A stretch of 64,000 nucleotides of DNA from Betaproteobacteria bacterium (GCA_947482825.1 CANKMT010000013.1:1714-65713), one strand, 5' to 3'. Counted from the first letter of the stretch, positions 9,487-19,855 are shown. The notes: generated by a model not told the origin, from the sequence alone. Translations and numbers: made by a program.

Positions 9487-11849
9487 GATTTCCTCCCTGA
9501 GTGTTTGGTTTTCGCGTGGATTTCCCACAGAAGCAATTCCGGGACCACCGGCGTGTTGTTGATTTCTATCCCTAAGTGCGCAAGAGCGTCGCATACCGCA
9601 TTGGCCACGACCACCGGCGGCGAGACCGCGCCGCCCTCGCCCAAGCCTTTGACGCCCAACGGATTCAGCGGCGAGGGGATTTCCTGGTGAACCAGCACCA
9701 TCTCGGGCACATCGGAAGCGTTCGGCATCATGTAGTCCATGAATGTACCGGAAAGCAACTGGCCTTCGGCGTCGTAGGTGATTGCCTCGAACGTCGCGCC
9801 GCCGATGCCCTGCACCACGCCGCCCATGATCTGCGCTTCGGCGAGCATCGGGTTGACCACCACGCCGCAGTCGTGCGCCACGGCGTAGCGCTCGATCGCA
9901 ACGCGCCCGGTCTCGATATCCACCTCCACGATCGCCGCGTGCGTGGCGTAGGCCCACGTCACCGTGGGCGGCTCGAAGTAATGCGTTTCCTGCAGTCCCG
10001 CGTCCACGCCTGGCGGGCGGCCGTGATCCCATCCGGGGCGCGCCGCGTGCGCGATCTCGGCAAAGGTGAGTTCCGCTCCCGGCACGCCGGCCACGCCGAC
10101 CTTGCCGTCGCGCAACTCGAGGTCGGCGACCGCGCACTCGAGCTTGTGGCCGGCGATTGCGAACATCTTGTCGCGCAATTTGCGGCTCGCATGGTGGATC
10201 GCCGCCGACACGGTCACGGTAGTGCGGCTGGCAAAGGTACCGAACCCCATGGGGATCGACGCCGTGTCGCCAAAAGACACCATGATCCGGTCCGGATCGA
10301 CGCCCCACGCGTCGGCTGCTACCTGGGAGAACACGGTTTCCATCCCCTGCCCGTGCGGGCAAGCGCCGGAGGAAACATAGATCCGTCCGGTGGGATCGAT
10401 CCGCACCGTCGCGCCTTCGAACGAGCCGACGCCGGTGCCTTCGGTGTAGCAACCAATGCCCAGGCCCAGGAAGCGCCCATGGGCCCGTGCCTCAGCTTGC
10501 CGCTTGCGGAACGCCTCTACCCCGCCGAGCGCGGCCAGCGCCTTGGCCAGGGCCGCCGGGTAATCGCCGCTGTCGTACACGACCGGTTCTCCATCGCGAT
10601 ACGGGATCCCGACCGGGAACGGCATTTCCGCGCGAGTAATCATGTTGCGCCTGCGTACTTCGGCCGGTTCGAGGCCCAGTTCGTGCGCAATGAGGTCAAT
10701 CAGCCGCTCCATGACCTGCACCGCTTCGGGGCGGCCGGCGCCGCGATACGGGGCGTTCGGCGCCTTGTTGGTCGCCGCAACCCGGGCTTCGACCGAAAAA
10801 TGGGGGATCTTGTACGGACCGGCCATATGCGCCGCCGTGTTATAGACGACCGCAACGCCGAGCGGATTCCACGCACCGCAATCGACGACGAAGGTGTCGT
10901 GCAAGGCGAGAATGCGCCCCTCGTCGTCGAACGCGATCTCCGCCTCGTGGTGCTGGTCGCGCGAATGGCAGGAGCACAACAGGTGCTCCCCGCGCGTTTC
11001 GAGCCACCTGACCGGCCTGCCCACGAGCCGCGCAAGAAACGGCAACAGCATGTCCTCCGGATAGACGTGCCCCTTGACGCCGAACCCGCCGCCGACATCG
11101 GGGGCGATCACGCGGATGCGCGCCTCGGGCACGCCAAGCGTAGTCGCAATCTCGCGCTGCACCCAGTGCACGACCTGGGTCGATGACCAGACCGTGTAGG
11201 AATCGACCCGCTCGTCCCATTCGGCGGCCACACCGCGGCACTCCATCGGCATCGCGGCATAGCGGTGGTGGCTGAAGCGCCGTTTGATCCGGCGCGGGGC
11301 ATTCGCGATCGCGCGTTGCGCATCGCCCTTGGTGACATGAAACCAGCCGATCTCGTTGGTGTCGAGGTTCTCGTGCACGAGCGTCGCACCCGCATCGAGC
11401 GCCTTGTAGGGATCCACGACCGCCGGCAGGTGCTCGTAATCGACCTCGACCAGTTCGGCGGCATCTTCCGCGGCGACCCGCGTCTCGGCGATCACCACGG
11501 CCACCGCCTCGCCCACATGGCGCACCTTGTCCGTGCACAGCATGGGCTGGCGCGGATTCAGGATGCGGTGCGGGATGGCGGCCTTCCACTTGGCCGGCAG
11601 CGGCATCTGGTTGTCGCGCACCGGGGGCAAATACTTTTCGAGCTCCGCCCCGGTCAGCACGCGCACGACCCCGGGGGCCTTCGACGCTGCAGTCGTGTCC
11701 ACGCCGCGGATGCGCGCGTGGGCCACCTGGCTGCGCACGAACACGGCATGCGCCATGCCGGGCAGTTGGAGGTCGGCGACGTATTGCCCTCTGCCGCGCA
11801 GCAACCGCGCATCCTCACGCCGGCGTAGGGACTGGCCTACAAAACCCAT
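9483..11849 (-). CDS. xanthine dehydrogenase family molybdopterin-binding large subunit (CoxL form II-like)
   Basis: VGQSLRRRED, DVGGGFGVKG, PYRGAGRPE, HGQGMET, GVKGLGEGG. Confidence 0.92.
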   Translation of the reverse strand: MGFVGQSLRRREDARLLRGRGQYVADLQLPGMAHAVFVRSQVAHARIRGVDTTAASKAPGVVRVLTGAELEKYLPPVRDNQMPLPAKWKAAIPHRILNPRQPMLCTDKVRHVGEAVAVVIAETRVAAEDAAELVEVDYEHLPAVVDPYKALDAGATLVHENLDTNEIGWFHVTKGDAQRAIANAPRRIKRRFSHHRYAAMPMECRGVAAEWDERVDSYTVWSSTQVVHWVQREIATTLGVPEARIRVIAPDVGGGFGVKGHVYPEDMLLPFLARLVGRPVRWLETRGEHLLCSCHSRDQHHEAEIAFDDEGRILALHDTFVVDCGAWNPLGVAVVYNTAAHMAGPYKIPHFSVEARVAATNKAPNAPYRGAGRPEAVQVMERLIDLIAHELGLEPAEVRRRNMITRAEMPFPVGIPYRDGEPVVYDSGDYPAALAKALAALGGVEAFRKRQAEARAHGRFLGLGIGCYTEGTGVGSFEGATVRIDPTGRIYVSSGACPHGQGMETVFSQVAADAWGVDPDRIMVSFGDTASIPMGFGTFASRTTVTVSAAIHHASRKLRDKMFAIAGHKLECAVADLELRDGKVGVAGVPGAELTFAEIAHAARPGWDHGRPPGVDAGLQETHYFEPPTVTWAYATHAAIVEVDIETGRVAIERYAVAHDCGVVVNPMLAEAQIMGGVVQGIGGATFEAITYDAEGQLLSGTFMDYMMPNASDVPEMVLVHQEIPSPLNPLGVKGLGEGGAVSPPVVVANAVCDALAHLGIEINNTPVVPELLLWEIHAKTKHSGRKS

Positions 11850-11952
11850 GGGGACCTCTCCGAAGTCTTCGCGAGGGCAAACGCTACCAGATGAACCGGT
11901 TTTCCCGTGCGCTGGTTTGCAATTGCGAAATAGGTAGGCGTACAGTACCTGC

Positions 11953-12462
11953 ATGAGCGCCCTCGCCACCGCCCAAATGCTCACCCGCTACAGCGCGTGG
12001 GCCAACAAGGCGTTTTTCGACGCAGTTGCCGCCCTGCCCCCGGGTGAAGCGACCAAGGAGCGCAGGACGCTTTTCAAGAGCATCGTCCATACGCTCAACC
12101 ACAACTACGTCATCGACCGGATTTTCCAAGCGCACCTCGAGGGACGCGAGCACGGCTACACGGCGCGCAACACCGCCGAAACTCCACCGTTCGCGGAACT
12201 TCGGGCCGCGCAAGAAGCGATCGACGAGTGGTACGTGGCGTGGGGCGACCGGATGACCGAGACATTGATGGACGAAACGATCCGGTTCACGTTCGTCGGT
12301 GGCGGCGACGGCGTCATGACGCGCAGCGAGATCCTGCTCCATGTCGTCAACCACACGAGCTACCACCGGGGCTTTGCGGCCGACATGTTCTTCCAGGTGC
12401 CCGCGCGCCCGCCGACCACCGACCTGCCGGTGTACCTGCGCGACGCGCACCAGGCGGGCTGA
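11953..12462 (+). CDS. DinB family protein
   Basis: YSAWANK, SIVHTLNH, HVVNHTSYHRG His triad pattern. Confidence 0.88.
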   Translation: MSALATAQMLTRYSAWANKAFFDAVAALPPGEATKERRTLFKSIVHTLNHNYVIDRIFQAHLEGREHGYTARNTAETPPFAELRAAQEAIDEWYVAWGDRMTETLMDETIRFTFVGGGDGVMTRSEILLHVVNHTSYHRGFAADMFFQVPARPPTTDLPVYLRDAHQAG

Positions 12463-12475
12463 GGCGGAAGGCGCC

Positions 12476-13075
12476 GTGACTAGGAGCCTGCCGGTCCCGG
12501 CGCGGACCGGCGCCGCCGCGAGCATCGCCGAAGCGATCCTCAAGTTCATCCGCCGCATTCCCAAGTCGGACCAAACGAAGAGCCGCACGCCCGAAAAAGC
12601 CGCGCGAAGCAAGGCCAACGCAGCCGCCGCAAAAGCCGCCCTTGCGGCCGGGACACTCGCCCTGCCGCCCGGGCCTATGGGATGGCTCACGCTGCTCCCG
12701 GAGATGATGATCGTCTGGAGGATCCAGTCGCAGATGGTGGCCGACATCGCGGCGCTCTACGGCCGCCAGTCCACGCTGAACGAAGAACAGATGATCTACT
12801 GCCTGTTCAGGCACAGCGCGGCCCAGGCCGTGCGAGACCTGATCGTCCGCATGGGCGAACGCGTGCTGGTCAAGCGGGCTTCGATCGAGCTCCTGCAGAA
12901 GATCGCGCAGAAGATCGGGATCAAGCTGAGCCAGAAGGTGATCGGCAAGGGCCTGTCCCGCTTCATCCCTTTTGCGGGCGCCGTGGGCGTCGGTGCTTAC
13001 GCCTATTACGACACTGCGCAGGTCGCGGCCACCGCGATCGAGCTGTTCGAGCGGGAGATCGAAGTCGAGGGCTGA
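12476..13075 (+). CDS. EcsC-like protein
   Basis: LALPPGPMGWLTLLPE, QSQMVADIAALYG, RFIPFAGAVGVGA. GTG start chosen just after the DinB stop. Confidence 0.6.
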   Translation: MTRSLPVPARTGAAASIAEAILKFIRRIPKSDQTKSRTPEKAARSKANAAAAKAALAAGTLALPPGPMGWLTLLPEMMIVWRIQSQMVADIAALYGRQSTLNEEQMIYCLFRHSAAQAVRDLIVRMGERVLVKRASIELLQKIAQKIGIKLSQKVIGKGLSRFIPFAGAVGVGAYAYYDTAQVAATAIELFEREIEVEG

Positions 13076-13290
13076 CTTCGAAGCGGGCAGGCGCCCCCCA
13101 AGAGTAGCGCTACTTCGAGCCCACCCAAATCCGCACGGGTTCTTACTTCCGAACTCCTGATGCAGCGTCGTTCCTGAAGGATTCACATCTTTAGAAATAA
13201 TTTAATTCCTGAACTTTTTTCTGCAAACCCCCTGCCGATACTCAATCAACAGGCTATTTTGTACCGGTACCAGTACATTTATCAGCGGAA

Positions 13291-13539
13291 AGGATCGCCG
13301 GGTACTTCCAGCGCATCGTGGACGGCTATCACGGCAGGGATTGCCGCGCCTGCCGCTACAAGGATCTGGAGGCCCTGTCCCTCGGAAGAGATGCGACGCT
13401 TGGAACCGTCACCTGGGAGCTGCTGCGCAGCGACGCGAGCGTCCTGGCCTCGTGGCGCGAGTCCTACGGGCTGGCCCGTTCGGAGGGGGGTCTGAAGGTT
13501 CTTGTGTCGATCGACCACGCCGGTCAGGCGTTCGAATAA
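13291..13539 (+). pseudogene. probable 5'-truncated NTF2/SnoaL-like gene remnant
   Basis: Reads RIAGYFQRIVDGYHGRDCRAC...TVTWELLRSDASVLASWRESYGLARSEGGLKVLVSIDH, resembling an NTF2-like C-terminal half. Upstream the frame runs into AT-rich DNA with no start codon before a stop at 13210. Confidence 0.4.
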
Positions 13540-13549
13540 GGAGAAGAAG

Positions 13550-13795
13550 ATGGCGAGGGGCAGAAACGTCTTCAAACTGATCACGTTTGGTACGCTGTGG
13601 GCGATCGTGTTCTTTGTCGCCGCAATGATCCTCGTGGCAGTTGCGACCAGCTTGCTGAACCCGAATGACGCTGCCGCCGCCGGTCAGCGCGCCGGCCAGC
13701 TCCTGGCACTGCCTGTGATGGCGCTCTCGATCGCCAGTGCCATAGCGCTCACGGCCAAGGGATGGCTGCCGGGAACCCGGAAGCCCGAAGCCTGA
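13550..13795 (+). CDS. small two-helix membrane protein, unknown function (81 aa)
   Basis: AGGAG RBS, ATG at 13550, two hydrophobic segments. Confidence 0.65.
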   Translation: MARGRNVFKLITFGTLWAIVFFVAAMILVAVATSLLNPNDAAAAGQRAGQLLALPVMALSIASAIALTAKGWLPGTRKPEA

Positions 13796-13903
13796 ATCCC
13801 CATCTGCTTTGCACGAGGCTTCCAAAGTCGACGCCAGGTCCTGTCGGCTTCGGCCGACATGCAGCATCGAACCGCCCTGCCCGGCAGCGCGCACGGATAA
13901 CGG

Positions 13904-15085
13904 CTAGAGCTTGAGGCGCGTCTCGACCAGCCGCCCAAAAAAGGCGGCGCCCAGCGGCAAGGCATCGTCATTGAAATCGTAGCCGGGATTGTGCACTTCG
14001 CATCCGTGCCCCTCGCCCGGGCCGTTGCCGATGTTGATGTAGCAGCCGGGCACGCGCTCGAGCATGTAGGAGAAGTCCTCCGAACCCATCACGAGGTCGG
14101 GGTTGCGGTTGACGTTCTGTTCGCCGACCAGGTCGTTGCAGATCCGGGCGGCAAACTCGGCTTCCTTAGGGTCGTTGACGGTCGGGTTGAACAGGACGCG
14201 AAAATCCACCTCCGCCGTGGCGCCATGCGCTTCAGCCGTGCCTTTGGCGATGCGCTTCATCGAGGACTCGAGCTTGGCCATCACGTCCTTGCTGAAGGCG
14301 CGCGCCGTTCCGCCGATATGCGCGGTCTGCGGGATCACGTTGTAGGCGTCGCCCGCCTGGATCTTGGTGACCGACACGACCGCGGTGTCGATCGGCCGCA
14401 CGTTGCGCGACACGATGCTCTGGAGCGCAACCGCGATATGGGCTGCGACGAGCGTCGAGTCCACCCCGGTCTCCGGGCGCGCGCCGTGCGAACCCTTGCC
14501 GGTGACCTTGATGTCGAAAAATGCGCCGCCGGCCATCATCGGCCCGGACTTTACGTTGAAACTGCCGACCGGAATGCTCGGCCGGTTGTGCATGCCGAAA
14601 ATCGCCTCGCAAGGGAATTTCTCGAACAGGCCCTCGTCGACCATGGCCTTGGCGCCGCCCAGGCCTTCCTCGGCCGGCTGGAAGATGAAATGCACCGTGC
14701 CATCGAAATTGCGCGTCTCCGCGAGATACTTCGCCGCCCCAAGCAGCATCGTGGTGTGACCGTCATGGCCGCAGGCGTGCATGCGCCCCGTGTGAGTGGA
14801 TCGGTGGGCAAAGGTGTTCGCCTCCTCGATCGGCAGGGCGTCCATGTCGGCGCGCAATCCCAAGGTGCGGGGGCTGGTGCCGACGCGCAGCGTGCCGACC
14901 ACGCCGGTCTTGGCCAAGCCGCGGTGCACGTGGATGCCAAAAGACTTGAGCTTCGCGGCGACGAGGTCCGAAGTGCGCGTTTCCTGGAATCCGAGCTCCG
15001 GATGCGCATGGATGTCGCGCCTCCACTCGGTCATGTCCTTGTGGAAGGCGTAGAAATGCGGGTCGATGCGGTCCCTGGCGGTCAT
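13904..15085 (-). CDS. M20 aminoacylase/hippurate-hydrolase-like amidohydrolase
   Basis: HAHPELGFQE, LRADMDALP, MHACGHDGH, FQPAEEG, GSEDF, HNPGYDFND. Confidence 0.93.
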   Translation of the reverse strand: MTARDRIDPHFYAFHKDMTEWRRDIHAHPELGFQETRTSDLVAAKLKSFGIHVHRGLAKTGVVGTLRVGTSPRTLGLRADMDALPIEEANTFAHRSTHTGRMHACGHDGHTTMLLGAAKYLAETRNFDGTVHFIFQPAEEGLGGAKAMVDEGLFEKFPCEAIFGMHNRPSIPVGSFNVKSGPMMAGGAFFDIKVTGKGSHGARPETGVDSTLVAAHIAVALQSIVSRNVRPIDTAVVSVTKIQAGDAYNVIPQTAHIGGTARAFSKDVMAKLESSMKRIAKGTAEAHGATAEVDFRVLFNPTVNDPKEAEFAARICNDLVGEQNVNRNPDLVMGSEDFSYMLERVPGCYINIGNGPGEGHGCEVHNPGYDFNDDALPLGAAFFGRLVETRLKL

Positions 15086-15138
15086 GCTGGCGGCTCCCTG
15101 AGGCAGACTATCGCAACGAGGTCATTGCGACGAAGCCG

Positions 15139-16239
15139 CTATAGTACCCGCCCGCTCGCCTCGTCGATCAAGTGCATGTTCGCAAGATCGGCGACCAGTT
15201 TCATCGGCTTGCCAGCCAGGGCGCCGGCGTTCGGGTTGACCCGGCCACAGACCTCCGTGCCCTCGACGAGGAAATGCACCAGGGTCTCCATGCCCATGGG
15301 TTCGGTTACCTCCAGCGGCACCTCGAAAGGGTGCTGGTCGGGCTCCGCATGGGGGCGTTGCTCGATGAGGTGCTCCGGGCGGATCCCGAAGAGCAGCTTG
15401 CCGGCGCCGAGGTGTGCTTTGTACCGTTCGACGCGGTTGGCCGGCACCGGGAAGGCGATCGCCTCGGACAGCTTCACGCGCAAGCCCCCGGCCGCCGCCT
15501 CCAGCTTGCAGGGAATGAAGTTCATCGCCGGCGATCCGATGAAACCGGCCACGAAGCGCGTGGCCGGGAAATGGTAGAGGTCGTTGGGCGTGCCGACCTG
15601 CTCGATCAGGCCGCCGTTCATGACCACCACCCGGTCGGCCAGCGTCATCGCCTCGACCTGGTCGTGAGTGACGTAGACGGTGGTGGTGCGCACTTTCTGG
15701 TGGACTTTCTTGATCTCGGTGCGCATCTGCACGCGCAGTTTGGCATCGAGGTTCGACAGCGGCTCGTCGAACAGGAACACCTTGGGGTCGCGCACGATCG
15801 CGCGGCCCATCGCAACGCGCTGGCGCTGGCCGCCCGAGAGCTGCTTGGGCTTGCGCTCGAGCAATTCCGAGATGTCGAGGATCCTCGCCGCGTTCTCGAC
15901 ACGCCGGGCGATCTCGGCCTTTGGCGCCTTCTTCAGGCGCAGGCCGAACGACATGTTCTCGTACACCGTCATGTGCGGATACAGGGCGTAATTCTGGAAC
16001 ACCATCGCGATGTCGCGGTCCTTGGGAGGCACGTCGTTCACGACTTCCTCGCCGATCAGGATGTCACCGGCGGTGATGTCCTCCAGCCCGGCGATCATGC
16101 GCAGCGTCGTGCTCTTGCCGCAACCCGAAGGGCCAACCAGTACGACGAACTCCTCATCGGCGATCTCGAGATCGATGCCCCTCACCGCCGGCGTGTCGTC
16201 GTAATTCTTGACCACTTTGCGCAGTATTACCTTGGCCAT
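15139..16239 (-). CDS. CUT1 (MalK/UgpC-like) ABC ATPase
   Basis: [29 protein letters not shown]-terminal TOBE/OB region. Confidence 0.95.
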   Translation of the reverse strand: MAKVILRKVVKNYDDTPAVRGIDLEIADEEFVVLVGPSGCGKSTTLRMIAGLEDITAGDILIGEEVVNDVPPKDRDIAMVFQNYALYPHMTVYENMSFGLRLKKAPKAEIARRVENAARILDISELLERKPKQLSGGQRQRVAMGRAIVRDPKVFLFDEPLSNLDAKLRVQMRTEIKKVHQKVRTTTVYVTHDQVEAMTLADRVVVMNGGLIEQVGTPNDLYHFPATRFVAGFIGSPAMNFIPCKLEAAAGGLRVKLSEAIAFPVPANRVERYKAHLGAGKLLFGIRPEHLIEQRPHAEPDQHPFEVPLEVTEPMGMETLVHFLVEGTEVCGRVNPNAGALAGKPMKLVADLANMHLIDEASGRVL

Positions 16240-16245
16240 CGATCT

Positions 16246-17118
16246 CTATCCCTTGGTCGCGCCGGCGGTCAGGCCGGCGATGTAGTAGTCCATCAGGAAG
16301 GCGTAGATGATCAGCGGCGGCGCCGCCCCCAGCAGCGCGCCTGTCATGATCTGGCCCCACGTGAACACGTCGCCGCGAATCAGTGTGGTGATGATGCCCA
16401 CGGGGAGCACGAGCTGGTCGGCCGAGGTCGTGAAGGCCAGCGGGTACAGGAACTGCGCCCACGAAACGGTAAAGGCGAAGATGGTCGCTGCGATGATCCC
16501 GGGCAGCGCAACCGGGATGAAGATGCGCGTGAGGATCTGCAGGTACCCCGCCCCGTCGATCAGCGCGGCTTCGTCGAGCTCCTTGGGGATGCTCGCGAAG
16601 TAGCCGATCATGATCCAGGTCGCGAACGGCACGGTGAGCGTCGGATACAGGATCACGAGAACGTACCAGCGGTTGATCAGCTCGATGCCGGTGAACTCGG
16701 TCACCCAGACGAAGATCTGGAAAAGCGGGATGAACAACAGCGTCTCGGGAATCAGGTAGGTCAGGAACACACCGGTGGCGAGCGTGCCGGAGCCCCAGAA
16801 CTTCATGCGCGAGAGCGCGAACGCGGCCGGGATGCTGATCGCCATCGTGATCGCCACGACCAGCACCGACACCATGGCCGAATTGCGGAAGAACGTGAGG
16901 TAGGTCTCCGTCGTAAGCAGCTCGATGTAGTTGTCGAGCGTTGGCGCATGGACCCACCACGGCGAAGTGGCCGAAGCGATCTCGGCGTTCGACTTGAAGG
17001 AGGTCAGCAGCATGTAGAACGGCGGCGTGAGGAAGAACACCACGAAGATGCACAGGAAAAAGTACGACCAGATCATCGCCCGGCGGCGATCGTCTTTCAT
17101 GCTGCGTGACTTCGCCAT
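16246..17118 (-). CDS. carbohydrate-type ABC permease (MalG-like)
   Basis: EAA loop ELDEAALIDGA, six TM helices. Confidence 0.92.
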   Translation of the reverse strand: MAKSRSMKDDRRRAMIWSYFFLCIFVVFFLTPPFYMLLTSFKSNAEIASATSPWWVHAPTLDNYIELLTTETYLTFFRNSAMVSVLVVAITMAISIPAAFALSRMKFWGSGTLATGVFLTYLIPETLLFIPLFQIFVWVTEFTGIELINRWYVLVILYPTLTVPFATWIMIGYFASIPKELDEAALIDGAGYLQILTRIFIPVALPGIIAATIFAFTVSWAQFLYPLAFTTSADQLVLPVGIITTLIRGDVFTWGQIMTGALLGAAPPLIIYAFLMDYYIAGLTAGATKG

Positions 17119-17990
17119 CAGTTCTCGGCCCCTCGTTTGGTGATGTCGCGCAGGATGAAGATCGCGAAGATCGCGAGGATCGGGAACATGAACAGCGACA
17201 CCGAGGCGCCCAGCGGCAGGTCGCTGCCCTCGATGCCCACCTTGAAGGCCCAGGTGGCGAAGACGTGCGTGTTGTCCAGCGGACCGCCGGCCGTCAGCAC
17301 GCGCACGATGTCGAAGTTGGCGAACGTCACGATCAGCGAGAAGAGCACCGTGATCGCGATGATGTTGCGCATCATCGGGATCGTGATGTACCAGAGCTTC
17401 TGCCACCAGTTGGCCCCGTCGATCGCGGCCGCCTCGTAGAGCTGCTCCGGAACGGATTTCAGCGCCGCAAGGTACATGATCATGAAAAACGGTGCCCCAA
17501 CCCACACATTGACCAGGATCACCGCGAAGCGCGCCCAGCCAACCTCGCCCAGCCAGCCGATCGGCTCGAAACCGCCTTTGACGAGCAGCCAGTTGAACGC
17601 GCTATAGGACGGGTCGAACAGCCACAGCCACGCGAGCGTGCTCATGGCCGGCGGGATCACCCAGGGCACCAGCAGCATGCCGCGCCATTTGCGCTGGCCC
17701 TTGACCGGCACGTTGTGCACGAAATGCGCGACGCAAAATCCGATGAGCGCTTTGAAGACCACAGCGGTGACGGCGAACACGACCGATTGCTTCACCACCA
17801 TCCAGAACGTTTCCCGACTGAACAGGAAAGTGAAGTTGTCGAATCCGACGAAGCGCTCCATCCCCTTGTTCAGCGTCGCCAGGTGCAGCGAGTAGAGCGC
17901 CGGGTAGAGCACCAGCAGGACGATGATGAGGATGAGCGGAAGCGCCATCGCGAACGCAATGGTCGACTTCCGCCGCAGGAATTTCCGCAC
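17118..17990 (-). CDS. carbohydrate-type ABC permease (MalF-like)
   Basis: LYEAAAIDGA EAA loop, LLVPWVIP. Confidence 0.92.
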   Translation of the reverse strand: MRKFLRRKSTIAFAMALPLILIIVLLVLYPALYSLHLATLNKGMERFVGFDNFTFLFSRETFWMVVKQSVVFAVTAVVFKALIGFCVAHFVHNVPVKGQRKWRGMLLVPWVIPPAMSTLAWLWLFDPSYSAFNWLLVKGGFEPIGWLGEVGWARFAVILVNVWVGAPFFMIMYLAALKSVPEQLYEAAAIDGANWWQKLWYITIPMMRNIIAITVLFSLIVTFANFDIVRVLTAGGPLDNTHVFATWAFKVGIEGSDLPLGASVSLFMFPILAIFAIFILRDITKRGAEN

Positions 17991-18005
17991 CGCCGGGTCT
18001 TTGCT

Positions 18006-19355
18006 TCAGGTGCGCATGAAGCCTTCGAGCTCGGTAGCCGCCCAGCCGAGGACCTTGTCCATCGACTCGCCCCCTTGCGTGTACTTGCCCACCATCTTGG
18101 TCATGATCGCCTGGGTGTAGATCTGGTTGGCGATCTTGGGCGGCGCAGGGTAGGCCGAGATCTGAAGCACCTGCCCCGGCTTGGGCGGGTAGTGGTACAG
18201 GGTTCCCTTAGGCGGCCCTTCTTCGGCCCAGGTCTTGAAGTCGTTGAATTTCCCGAAAGCCGGAATGTCGTAGCCCTGGCTCGCGGCCACCATCTTCTCG
18301 ACCACCGCGCGCTCGGAGATATGCATCATCAGGCTCTTGGCCGCGGCCTTGTTCTTGGAGAACTTCCAGATCCCCCAGAAATACGGCAGGTACGGCTGCA
18401 CGCGCCCCTTGGGGCCGGCCGGCGCCGGGAACGTCCAGCACTGTTCGGCCACCTTCGGAGCGTCGCGCTTGGCCACCGCCCATGCGCTCGGCGGATTCAT
18501 GATCAGCGAGCCCTTGCCCGAGACCAGCCATCGGTTGTTCGAACCGTCGTCCCACGCGAATACGTCCGAAGGCAGCGCGGCGATGAGCTTCTTCATGTAC
18601 TCCATCACCTGCTTTACGTTGTCGGATTTCACGGTTATGTTCCCCTTGGCATCGACCAGAGTCGCGCCATAGGCTGCGAAGATCGTGCCCGCAGTGTCCA
18701 CCGAGTCCGACGTCTGGCCGAAGCCGATGCCGAAAGGCACGCCGGCCTTGTTGCATTTGACCGCAGCGTCGAGGAAAGCGTCCCACGTCCACTTGTCGGC
18801 CAATGCCTTGTCGGGGGCGGCGCCTGCCGGATACATCTTCACTACATCGAGACCGGCATGCTGCTTGAGCAGGTCGATACGGCCGCAAGGTCCCTTGATC
18901 TGGCTGCCGGGCGTCGCGGGAATCGCGACCCACTTCCCATCGACCTTGCCGAGGTATTCGATCAACGGCGACACCGGGCCGTTCTTCGCCACCAGCGCCT
19001 TCATCACGTCATCGACCGGCTCGAGGTCCTTCGACTTGTCCGCCGGCCACCAAGTGGGGAACGCGAGCATGTCGTGGCCCGCCTTGGCCTGCGCCTCGGC
19101 TGCGATCGTCAGCAGGTTCTTCTGCCCCTGCGACGGAATGTAGTCGATCTTGATGTCGACCTTCTCCTTCGCGGCCCACTCCTTGCAAGCAGCGGTGAGC
19201 ACATCATTCGCGCCCGGCACCCAGTGATCCCAGAAGCCGACTTCGAGCTTGCCGGCGGCGTACGAGGTGCGGATATGCGGGAACCCCAGCGTGGCGGCGG
19301 ACACCGCTGCGGTGGACTTCAGAAAACGACGACGCGTGAATTTCCTTGTGGTCAT
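18006..19355 (-). CDS. CUT1 ABC substrate-binding protein with Tat signal
   Basis: TRRRFLK twin-arginine signal, SBP_bac-type fold, first gene of the ABC operon. Confidence 0.88.
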   Translation of the reverse strand: MTTRKFTRRRFLKSTAAVSAATLGFPHIRTSYAAGKLEVGFWDHWVPGANDVLTAACKEWAAKEKVDIKIDYIPSQGQKNLLTIAAEAQAKAGHDMLAFPTWWPADKSKDLEPVDDVMKALVAKNGPVSPLIEYLGKVDGKWVAIPATPGSQIKGPCGRIDLLKQHAGLDVVKMYPAGAAPDKALADKWTWDAFLDAAVKCNKAGVPFGIGFGQTSDSVDTAGTIFAAYGATLVDAKGNITVKSDNVKQVMEYMKKLIAALPSDVFAWDDGSNNRWLVSGKGSLIMNPPSAWAVAKRDAPKVAEQCWTFPAPAGPKGRVQPYLPYFWGIWKFSKNKAAAKSLMMHISERAVVEKMVAASQGYDIPAFGKFNDFKTWAEEGPPKGTLYHYPPKPGQVLQISAYPAPPKIANQIYTQAIMTKMVGKYTQGGESMDKVLGWAATELEGFMRT

Positions 19356-19443
19356 TCGAGCCTCCCCTTCGTGATCGATCGATGGATGCGGCGGGCTCTT
19401 GCGGCCCTTGTTTGTCAGGGCAATCCTAACGATCTGCGCGAAA

Positions 19444-19502
19444 CACTGCCGCACTTTCGATGCGGCAGTGCAGCGCCCGCGAATAAGAAAAGCGGGGGCG
19501 CT
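19444..19502 (-). terminator. two tandem GC hairpins downstream of the ferredoxin operon
   Basis: CACTGCCGCA/TGCGGCAGTG perfect 10-bp stem (19444-19470) plus an imperfect AGCGCCCGC/GCGGGGGCGCT stem. U-tract is weak. Confidence 0.4.
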
Positions 19503-19513
19503 TGGAAAGGGTT

Positions 19514-19855
19514 TTAGGCTTCGCTCCCGGAGCCAGCCGTTGGCGGGAGGACTCTTGGCGCAGGTCTCGGGCGTGGCTGCCACGAAACACTGACATCGCC
19601 GTTGACGAACGTCTGGCATGCCATGCGGTAACCGTTGGCGAAATCGGCTTCGGTGAGGTGCTTGCGCTCCTTGTCCTTGATGGCGTCGGTGTTCTCGAGG
19701 CCCGACTCGATCCGGCACTTGCATGTGCCGCACAGCCCCCCGCCGCACTTGAAAGGGATTCCACCCTTCTCCCTCAACGAGACGCGAAGCAGGTTGCTGT
19801 GCGCCGGCGCCTGCGCCGACTTGTTGTCGTTGGTGACGAAGGTGACCGTGACCAT
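19514..19855 (-). CDS. [2Fe-2S] ferredoxin (plant/adrenodoxin type)
   Basis: CGGGLCGTC...RMACQ (C-x4-C-x2-C...C). Confidence 0.92.
   Translation of the reverse strand: MVTVTFVTNDNKSAQAPAHSNLLRVSLREKGGIPFKCGGGLCGTCKCRIESGLENTDAIKDKERKHLTEADFANGYRMACQTFVNGDVSVSWQPRPRPAPRVLPPTAGSGSEA

Noticed and set aside
9483-11849. Aerobic CO dehydrogenase (form I CoxL)
   Set aside because: Active-site loop is PYRGAGR rather than AYxCSFR, and coxM, coxS and accessory cox genes are absent.
11913-11929. Sigma-54 promoter (TGG...TTGC) in the coxL-like/dinB gap
   Set aside because: GG-to-GC spacing is one base short and GGCAC is absent; only an imperfect palindrome TTTGCAATTGCGAA remains, too weak to call.
13842-13859. 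TGTCGGC-TTCG-GCCGACA hairpin as attC or ncRNA
   Set aside because: No AAC/GTT boxes and no U-tract; a short stem between convergent genes, at most a weak terminator.
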